64,000 nt of DNA from a virus. A program made the position numbers and the translations under genes. Every line of letters starts with the position of its first letter. Position 1 is the stretch's first letter. Below the pieces are notes generated by a model. That model made no database searches and was not told the origin of the DNA. It was given only the letters and a program-made list of their open reading frames with translations. Positions 1 through 8,400 of this stretch are shown here, piece by piece. The stretch lies in IMG/VR virus record IMGVR_UViG_3300037307_000190. One strand, given 5' to 3'.

Positions 1-8
1 GCCTGACG

Positions 9-3000
9 GTGGGCACCGCGCCCGACTTCACCGCCGCGCCTCCCGAACTCGACTTCGACATCGCCGCGCCAGACAGCCTGCAGGTCACCCTGCCAACCGC
101 CCCGGTGGTGCGGGACGTGACCATCCCAGACGCACCCTTGATCGGCGATCTGGCAACCGTCGAACCACTGGATGCGGGGGTGGCCCCGGAGTTCACGGCC
201 ACGCCGCCGGCGCTCGACTTGGACATCGCTCGCCCCGCCGCCTTGTCCGCCACAGTTCCGACCGCACCCGCGTTGGACCCGGTGGTCATCCCGGGCGATC
301 CGACCATCACCCTGCCCGACGTGCCGAACCTGCGCGACTTGGTGATCCCCACAGAGCCGGACCTTGCCCTGCCGGAGTTCACCGCGCAACTGGCCGACGC
401 ACCGGCGGCCCCGGACGTGTCCTTTGCATGGGGAGAAACCCCCTACGCTTCCGACCTGCTTGCTCAGCTCAGGGCCAAGCTGCAGGACTGGGTCGGTGGA
501 GCCTCGACCGGGCTTGAAGCGGTGGTGGAAGAGGCGATCTGGAATCGCATGCGGGACCGCGAGCAGCGCAGTGCCGCCCAGGGTGTCAGCGACGTGGTCC
601 GCCAGTTCGCGGTGCGTGGGTTCTCCCGTCCGCCCGGGGCGGTGGCGGTCGCCCTGCAACGGGCGATGCAGGTGCTCAACGACAACACCGTCACGGCATC
701 ACGAGAAATCGCGGTGCAACAGGCCCAGTTGGAGCAGACGAACCGGCAGTTCGCTTTCAACACCGCGTTGAGCGTTGAGTCGACGCTGATCGGCTACACC
801 AGCCAGATCGCGGGACGGGCATTGGACGCGGCGAAGTTCGCAGCGCAGATCGGGATCGAGATCTTCCAGGCGGAAGTGTCTCGGTATCAGGCGGAGATCC
901 AAGCCTTCGCCGCGCGAGCCGAGGTGTTCCGCGCCGTGCTTCAGGCCGAACTGTCCAAGCTGGACATCTTCAGGGCCCAGATCGAGGCGCAGAAACTGAT
1001 CGGCGACATCAACCAGCAGCAGGTCGCCCTATACACCGCACGGGTGGGGGCGGCAGAGGCGTTGATCGACCTGTTCCGCTCGCGCATCCAGGCCGCACAG
1101 GCCAACGCGGAAGTGCAGCGCACCCGCATACAAGCGTATGCAACCGAAGTGCAGGCATATGGAGAACAGGTCCGGGCCAAGGCTGCCGAGTACGACGCCT
1201 ACGCGACCCAGATCAGAGCCGAGGTGAGCAAGGCGGAGACCTTCAAGGTCGAGGCGGATGCGTTCGCCTCTCGAGTTCAAGGGTTCACCGCAGTACTCAA
1301 CGCCCGCACGGCCGAGAAGCAGTCCGAGACCGACATCAAGCAACGGCTGCCAGTGGAGATCTTCAAGGCCAGGACCGAGGGGTTCCGCAACATGCTTCAG
1401 GGTTTGCAGACCCAGGCGGAAACCGACCGGACTCGCGTGCAGGCGTACTCGGCTGAAGTCTCTGCTCAAGGTGAGCTGACGCGGGCTCGGGCACTGGACG
1501 TGGATGTGTTCCGCGCCAGGATCGATGCGGAGAAATCAAAGGCCGAGACCTTCCGGCTGCAGGCCGAAGCCTACGGTCGTCAGGTCGATGGGTATCGCGC
1601 GCTCACCGACGCGATGGTGGCGCAGAAGAACGTGGAGATCAAGCTGGCCACGGAAGTCCCGATAGAGTTGAACAAGGCGGACATCGCCATCTACGACGCA
1701 TCCCTGCGGGGACTTCAAGCCCAGACTGAAACCGATCGCACGCGAGTCCAGGCGTACAGCGCGCAGGTCAGCGCGATCGGAGAACTCACCCGCGCCCGCG
1801 GCGTGGACACCGACATCTACAGGGCCGCCGTCGATGCCGAGAAGGCGAAGGCGGACATCTATCGCATCCGCGTCGATGCCTACGGCCGAGAGGTCGATGC
1901 CTACAAGGCAGTCGCCGATGCGCTGATCGCGGTCAAGACGCTTGAGATCAAGGTCGCAACCGAGGTTCCGATCGAGATCAGCAAGGCCGACATCGCGGTG
2001 TACGAGGCGACGATCCGCGGTCTTCAGATCAAGACCGAGACGGATCGGACGCTGGTGCAAGCCTACGGCGCCCAGATTCAGGCGCTGGGCGAGTTGACCC
2101 GAGCCCGCGCGGTGGACACGGACATCTACAAGGCGACGGTCGAAGCCGAGAGGGCCAAGGCCGACACGTACCGCATCGAGGTCGACGCCTACGGTAAGCA
2201 GGTTGATGCCTACAAGGCATTGACCGACGCGGCCATTGCCCAGAAGAACATCGAGGTCAAGCTGGCGACCGAGGTTCCCATCGAAGTGTCAAAGGCCAGG
2301 GTGGCGGTGTACGACGCGGTCGTGCGCGCGACCCAGACCCTGTCCGATGTCCAGCGCATGCGCATTCAGGGCTACCAAGCTGAAGTCGATGCGTATGGCA
2401 AGGCGATTCAGGCCAAGGGGCTTGAGAACGACATCTACCGAACCCGCATCGAGGCGGAGAAGTCGAAGACCGACATCTACCGCATCGACACCGAGGCGTA
2501 CAAGGCGCAGGTGGATGCGTTCGATGCGCTGGTCCGCGCTCTTGTGGCAGCCAAGAACAGTGAGATCGACGTGACGCAGAAGGTCCCGCTTGAGCGGCTG
2601 CGGGCCGAGATCGAAGCGTTTCGGGCTTCCCTGCAAGGCGTCGAGACCACGGTACGGGCAGATGGTCTGCAGATCGACCGCTACCGCGCCCAGCTCGACG
2701 GGGTGGGGCGGCAGATCGAAGCTCAACGAAACGAGGTCGAGGTCTACAAGGCGACCTTGGACGGCGAGAAGATCAAGACCGACGTCTACCGGGCGCAGGC
2801 CGATGCGTTCCAGGCCACGGTCGGGGCGTTCCGCGCCAAGGTCGATGCCTTGGTGGCGGTGAGCAACCAGCAGATCGAGGTCGGCGCCAAGCTGCCGGTG
2901 GAGCTTTACCGTGCCCAAGCACTGGGCTACGAGAGCGTGGTCCGCGCCGAATCGGCTCGGCTGAAAGCACTGACGGACACCTACGAAACAGACGGTCGTG

Positions 3001-3353
3001 TGTTCGAGGCCCAGACCCGGGCCGAGTCGGCCAGGGTCGGCGCCGAGGCGGATGTGTTCAAGGCGGACACGGATCGGGTGTCCAAGATCGGTGAACTGAG
3101 ACTGCGAGCCGCAGAGGTCAACCTGCAGCGGGCGCAGCAACAGGTGGCTCTACTGATCGAAGCGGTCAAGGCGGGGGCGCAGATGTCGGCGCAACTGGCC
3201 TCGTCTGCCCTGAGCGTCATCAATCTGAGCGGTGGTCTGTCGGCCAGCGAGTCCTACTCGACCAGCACCAGCACCAGCAACACGACCAGCACCAGCGACA
3301 GCCGTTCGGACAGCTACTCCGAGTCGAAGATTCAGCCTAATTGGGAAGGGTGA
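9..3353 (+). CDS. virion-associated coiled-coil repeat protein, probably 5'-truncated by the window edge
   Basis: 1114-codon ORF with high GC3. The frame stays open back to nt 3. Ala/Gln/Glu/Arg-rich coiled coil with about 7 tandem 103-aa units and a Ser/Thr-rich C-terminal tail. Heads a block of very large virion-type genes. Confidence 0.75.
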   Translation: MGTAPDFTAAPPELDFDIAAPDSLQVTLPTAPVVRDVTIPDAPLIGDLATVEPLDAGVAPEFTATPPALDLDIARPAALSATVPTAPALDPVVIPGDPTITLPDVPNLRDLVIPTEPDLALPEFTAQLADAPAAPDVSFAWGETPYASDLLAQLRAKLQDWVGGASTGLEAVVEEAIWNRMRDREQRSAAQGVSDVVRQFAVRGFSRPPGAVAVALQRAMQVLNDNTVTASREIAVQQAQLEQTNRQFAFNTALSVESTLIGYTSQIAGRALDAAKFAAQIGIEIFQAEVSRYQAEIQAFAARAEVFRAVLQAELSKLDIFRAQIEAQKLIGDINQQQVALYTARVGAAEALIDLFRSRIQAAQANAEVQRTRIQAYATEVQAYGEQVRAKAAEYDAYATQIRAEVSKAETFKVEADAFASRVQGFTAVLNARTAEKQSETDIKQRLPVEIFKARTEGFRNMLQGLQTQAETDRTRVQAYSAEVSAQGELTRARALDVDVFRARIDAEKSKAETFRLQAEAYGRQVDGYRALTDAMVAQKNVEIKLATEVPIELNKADIAIYDASLRGLQAQTETDRTRVQAYSAQVSAIGELTRARGVDTDIYRAAVDAEKAKADIYRIRVDAYGREVDAYKAVADALIAVKTLEIKVATEVPIEISKADIAVYEATIRGLQIKTETDRTLVQAYGAQIQALGELTRARAVDTDIYKATVEAERAKADTYRIEVDAYGKQVDAYKALTDAAIAQKNIEVKLATEVPIEVSKARVAVYDAVVRATQTLSDVQRMRIQGYQAEVDAYGKAIQAKGLENDIYRTRIEAEKSKTDIYRIDTEAYKAQVDAFDALVRALVAAKNSEIDVTQKVPLERLRAEIEAFRASLQGVETTVRADGLQIDRYRAQLDGVGRQIEAQRNEVEVYKATLDGEKIKTDVYRAQADAFQATVGAFRAKVDALVAVSNQQIEVGAKLPVELYRAQALGYESVVRAESARLKALTDTYETDGRVFEAQTRAESARVGAEADVFKADTDRVSKIGELRLRAAEVNLQRAQQQVALLIEAVKAGAQMSAQLASSALSVINLSGGLSASESYSTSTSTSNTTSTSDSRSDSYSESKIQPNWEG
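1419..2345 (+). repeat. three well-conserved tandem 309-nt (103-aa) coding repeats; degenerate copies extend to about nt 800-3100
   Basis: Units start at 1419, 1728 and 2037 (ETDRTRVQAYSA...). Period is exactly 309 nt by hand indexing. Flanking units are recognisable at protein level only. Confidence 0.85.
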
Positions 3354-3355
3354 CA

Positions 3356-3702
3356 TGAGAAGCGCAATCGACGACATCGCATACGGCCTGCGCCGCAACT
3401 TGGGCGGAATGGTCGCCGGGCGCGAGCCCTATTACGGGCAACAGAACCGCTTCACGTTGAACGGCGTGCCGGGGCTGGATGCGGAAGAGGTGTCGCAACG
3501 AACAGGCTCTGCGCCGCTGCCGATCTCGAATGCGCCGGTAGCCCGGGGCTTGGAGAAGATGCGCCGTCGTGTGTCGATCACCGATCCGATGACCGAGCGC
3601 TTCGTCAATCAGTCGTCCGATCAGAATCCATTCTCGATGTCCGAGCGGAATGCGCTCATCGCGCCTTACGGGTATCGCATCGATCAACCTGTCGAGGAAT
3701 GA
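3356..3702 (+). CDS. hypothetical virion-module protein (115 aa)
   Basis: ATG 2 nt after the upstream TGA, preceded by GGGAAGGG. High GC3 and co-oriented with flanking structural genes. Confidence 0.65.
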
Positions 3703-3703
3703 C

Positions 3704-5401
3704 ATGACAGCAGAGGAACTGAAGAAGCTGGCGCAGCAAGCGGCCGTTGACGACGCCACCGCCTACAACGCGCGCGTGCGTCCTCCCCCTGGGAGCATCG
3801 AAGAGGGCCAGCGCATCCGGCAGACACTGGCGCAGCCGAGCGAGCCGCTGAACATCAGCCGCGCAGCGCGCACCGGGGAGCCGTACCGCGACCCGCGCCA
3901 AGCCATTCCAAGGCCGCAGACATCCGTGCCGCGCGGTGTTCCGGGCGTCGATCTGCCGCGTTTTCAACTGCCGCCCGAAGCTCCGAGCGGCCCTGTCAAC
4001 TGGGGCAAAGTCGCGTCCAAGGCCGGCACCGCACTCGGGGTTGCCGGACCTGCGCTGGGCAACATCAAGGATCTGGTCGACCCCAACCTGTCCTACGGCA
4101 CGCGGACGAAGATGCTCGCCAGGGACATCGCTGGCGGAGCGGCAGGAACAGCGATGGCGGCACCCGCGATCGCGGGCCTGTCATCTGCGGGTCCGATCGG
4201 TATTGGAACCGGCCTCCTGCTCGGAGCCGGCCTTTACGAGACAGGACGACGAGGCACCGATGAGATCATCGGCCGCACCAGGGACTTGGCAAATCGCGCC
4301 GTGAGTGCTGCTGGCGGGCCGTTGAACTACTTCACGTCGGTCGAACAGGATGTTCAGCGCGACACCGCAGGCCGGGCGCAGCGTTATCCGCCCGCTCCAT
4401 TCGCTGCAGATGCGTCACGGACAAACGCCGTCCGCGACACGTCGAAGTTCCCTGTCGATCAACCCGCTCAGGGGAAAAGCCGCGCGCCGGCCAAGCCATC
4501 GATCGACGCACCTGTTGCGCGCGTGCCGCGCCCACGCCGCGCCGGGCAGGCTGCCGCGCGGTCGCCCATCGACGAGAACGCGATCGACGCCGCGCCACCG
4601 CAAGTCACGCGCCGCACGCTTGATACCACGCCCTACACCCCCGAGCAACAGCAGGCCATCTGGGCCATGCAGGGTGGCAACGCAACAGCCAAGCCTGCAG
4701 GGATCAACTACATCACCAACGACCAGTTGTTCGCGGCGGGCGAGCAGGGGCCGCGGTTCACTGTTCCGCAGGACAATGCTGTCTATACCAACGCACCGGG
4801 CAACGTCACTGCGGCGCCGGGCAGCAACATCGCAGTGGTCGGCCCCGGCGAGCGCTACTTCTCCGCCGGTAATGTGGCGGTGCCGCAGGCCGTCGACGAT
4901 GCGACCGCCCCAGCGTATCTTTCGGCGCAACGTCAAGCGGCTGTCGACATGGCCAATCCGGTCGAGGCCAAGCTGCGCATCGAGTCGGAGATTCAGAAGC
5001 TGAGGAACCAAGGCGGATTGGCCGAGGCGCAGACCTCGGCGGGGCCGGCATACGCTCGGCTGAAGTTTGAGCGCGATCAGTACCAAGACATGCTCTTGGG
5101 TAAGGGGCCAAAGGCGCCGACGAAGGCGACTATGCCGCAAGTCGTCACCTACGATCAAGACGGCAAGCCGTACACGGCGGGCGGTGGCGATGCGTTCCTC
5201 ATGCCGGATGGAAGCACCCTGCTGCCTGCCCCGGACGGCAGCGGCTACATCAGGACGGTGCCGCGCCAGCAGTCGGTCGTCGACAAGTACATGAACAATC
5301 CGCAGATCGACGCCATCAGGAAGCGCACGGACCTCACCACCGATCAGAAGAAGCAGGAAATGCAGAAGCTGATTCAGCGTCTCGAAGCGGTGCAAAAGTA
5401 A
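3704..5401 (+). CDS. hypothetical virion-module protein (565 aa)
   Basis: ATG 1 nt after the upstream TGA (MTAEELKKLAQQ...), in frame with track ORF 3650..5401. Gly/Ala-rich central region and high GC3. Confidence 0.7.
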   Translation: MTAEELKKLAQQAAVDDATAYNARVRPPPGSIEEGQRIRQTLAQPSEPLNISRAARTGEPYRDPRQAIPRPQTSVPRGVPGVDLPRFQLPPEAPSGPVNWGKVASKAGTALGVAGPALGNIKDLVDPNLSYGTRTKMLARDIAGGAAGTAMAAPAIAGLSSAGPIGIGTGLLLGAGLYETGRRGTDEIIGRTRDLANRAVSAAGGPLNYFTSVEQDVQRDTAGRAQRYPPAPFAADASRTNAVRDTSKFPVDQPAQGKSRAPAKPSIDAPVARVPRPRRAGQAAARSPIDENAIDAAPPQVTRRTLDTTPYTPEQQQAIWAMQGGNATAKPAGINYITNDQLFAAGEQGPRFTVPQDNAVYTNAPGNVTAAPGSNIAVVGPGERYFSAGNVAVPQAVDDATAPAYLSAQRQAAVDMANPVEAKLRIESEIQKLRNQGGLAEAQTSAGPAYARLKFERDQYQDMLLGKGPKAPTKATMPQVVTYDQDGKPYTAGGGDAFLMPDGSTLLPAPDGSGYIRTVPRQQSVVDKYMNNPQIDAIRKRTDLTTDQKKQEMQKLIQRLEAVQK

Positions 5402-5404
5402 GCA

Positions 5405-8400
5405 ATGGACGACCTCGACAGACTGCTCGCCGGCCCTCAGTCGGCCGATCCATACGATCAGTTGCTGGCTGGTCCGCGCGGCCGTGCGCAACCGGCGCCC
5501 AAGGCCGAGCCGCAGCCCGGGTTCATCCCAACCGTCAAGCGCACGGGTGGGCAGATGCTCACCAGCCTTGCGCGCTCGATCGAAGACATCGGTGGTCCAC
5601 AGGCGATCTCGCAGCCCATTCGGCAGACCGGCGAAGCCATCGTCCAGAGCAACCCGGCCGGCATCGGAAGTCTGGAACAAGCCGCAGAAAGCCCGTGGCT
5701 GACCGTCAAGGAAGCCGTTGGACAAATGGTTCCGCAAGTCGGCGCAGCCGGTGTCGGCGCAACGCTGGGTGGGATCGCTGGCCGCGCAATCGGCTCGCGC
5801 TTCGGCGCGGGTCAACTGGGCGAGAAAGCCGGCCGCTATGTCGGCGGCCTGTCGCCGATCTTTGTCCAAGAGTACGGCGGCGTTCGCGACAAGCAGGTGG
5901 CCGGTGGGCAGGAAGACAAGCTGCGCGCGCTCGGTGCCGCCGGTATCTCGACCGGCCTTGAAGTGCTCGGGCCTGAGGCGAAGGTCATCAAGGGTCTGGT
6001 CGGCGCTCCGCTCAAGATGGGCGTCAAGGACGTCGGCATTGGGGCGCTGAAGCAAGCCGGTATCGAAACCTTCACCGAGGGCACCCAAAACGTCGTTGGA
6101 CAAATTGGTGCCTTTGAAGACCCGACGACTCCACAGGCGCTCGATGAAACCGCGCTGTCTGCGTTGATGGGCGGCATCGGTGGTGGTGTGGTCGGTGGCG
6201 CGTTGCGTGGCGCTGAATCACTGATGGCCCCGGGGGAGCAGGAAAAGGCGCCGGCGATCGAAGAGCCACCGCCGCCGCAACTGCCCTATGCGCCAGACCC
6301 GCTGGTGGTGTTCCCCGACGGTTCGGTGGCGTCGAAGTCCGAAGCCGAGAAGATCATTCGGGCGCGCGAAGCCGCGGCACGCCCGTGGATGCAGCCGACC
6401 GCCCCGCTGCCGGAAGAAGGGCCGCTATCCAAGACCGTCAACCGCGCGGTCGAGCAAGGAGTTGTCAGTCCTGATCTCGCGCCAGCCGAGACGATGGGAG
6501 GTGAAGATGTTGCCCGCACTACAGGAGCTGGTCAGCCTCAAGCTGCTATCGGTGGAGGAGGCCCACCAACTGGACGAGGTGGCCAAGCGCAGCCCGGCGG
6601 AGTTCCTGAGCCTGCCGCTGCCGCTGCTCAAGCGCCTGCTCCAAGCGCAGAGGCTGGCGGCGTTCAACGTGGCCGACCAGACAAGGCACTGACGGCGCCG
6701 GCCGATTGGCCGGTTCAGTACGGCAAGGGCGTCATCAAGACCGTCTCCGCGTTGGAGAAGTACCGCAGTGACGTGGTCGCCGACATCACGCGGTTGTCCA
6801 ATGGTCCTCAGAAGGAGGCTCGCAGAGAAACGTTGGCTCGCATCGATGCGTCCATCGCTCAAGCGAACGAGGAATACACCAATGCAAGGACTGACGTGCA
6901 AGGCGTGCGAGCGCCCGAGGGTGGAGGAGTGCCGGCTGAGAGGGTGGCCGAATCTGTGCCGCCTGCGGGAGAAGTTGTTCCCGCACCCGGACAGCCCGTA
7001 CCCGCCACTACCGGACGAGCTGCTAAGCCCGAACAGCAGCCCGCAGCGCAGGTCGTTCCTGCTCAAGTTGTGGAAGGGGCGAATCGACCCGAGCAACCCG
7101 CAGTGGCAACCGACGTTGCCCGAGTGGAAGGTACTCAAGGAGTAGCCAATGAACCCGTTGCACAACAAGCCGCCGTGCGGCAAATGCCAGAAGGCGCGAC
7201 TGTTGATGAGGAAGCTCGGCCTGCCGGTGCCGTTGTTGCACCAACCGCCCCGGCAACCAGCGCTGCTGGCGAAGCCGCCTTCCAACCCGTGGCTGCAGGG
7301 CCAGTCAACCGGCCCGATGGCGGAGTCACCCGAGTCGATGAAGCGGCCAACGTAGCTGCAACGAGTCAGACCGTCGGACCAAGCGCGTCTGCCGAGGCAT
7401 CTCTTCCAGTTCAAGCTCAACCCAATGCAGCGCCCCCGGCATCCGTTTTTGAGAGTGGCGGGGCAACGGTGTCGCAGGCAGGGGTGCCCAGCGAACCCGA
7501 GCCGGCGGGCGCTGCGCCACGCCAGGGCAAGATAGGCGACAAGCTGGCGGCTGGCGAAGTGGTGCTCACCGCCAGCGGCAGGGCCACGACACCGTTTCCC
7601 AAGGTGTCGATGGGGTCCAACCGCGCAACGACCAACACGGTCAGATCCGTGGACCGATGGTTGCTCGAAAACGCGGCGGCCGAGGCGCAAGCGCGCGGCG
7701 ACGACTTCAATGCGCGCACGTTCCAAGCCGATGCGCAGAGCAAGAGCATGCCGCCGGCATCGAAGGACGCGGCCGAGGAGTACCTGTTCGGGCAACAGCC
7801 TAGCGTGGTGCCGAGCATCCTCAAGCCGCTGTCACCATCTGCAACCCCCCAGGCACCAGCCCCCGCACCTGAAACCGCCCAAGGCGCTGCGACGCCTGCG
7901 GGGGTTGCGCCCACTCGCGCCCAGTTCGAGGGCTTCGATCGCGTGGAGGTGAAGACCGACGCCGGCTGGAAGCAGGGCGTGGTGAAGATGGCCGGCTCGC
8001 AAGAGGTGACGGTCAGGCTTGACGACGGCAACGACGTGACTGTTCCCGAATCGAACGTGGTGCCGGTTGCGACCGCCCTAACCCCGGAAGCTGCCCCGGT
8101 CAGCGCAGCGCCACTAGGAGAAAGCAATGCTCAAGAAATCGGCATCCAACAAGGCGTTGGAGACCCTCTCGGCGGAGATGCAGCCCGGCAAGCCGCAGAA
8201 GCAGCCGGCGGCAATCGCCTACTCGCAGCAGCGGGCGGCGCAAAAGTCGCAGGGCAAGTCGGTATCCCCGCCACCGAAGGCGGCGCCGCGCAAGTCGGCG
8301 GGCCGGGGGCGATAGGAGCGGGACAGGCCGCCCCGCCGATCGCGGCCCCAACTGAAGGAGTCCAACGTGGGCAAGTCCAAGAAGGGCGGGGGCAAGACGC

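Noticed and set aside
4415-6103. Long antisense or alternative-frame ORFs throughout the window, for example 4415..6103(-), 12068..13906(-), 15395..16555(-), 15670..16764(+), 55045..56292(-) and 24315..24965(-).
   Set aside because: Their translations are Arg/Gly/Pro/His-rich and repetitive. They lie opposite or out of frame to ORFs with clear motifs and high GC3. Long open off-frames are expected in ~65% GC DNA.
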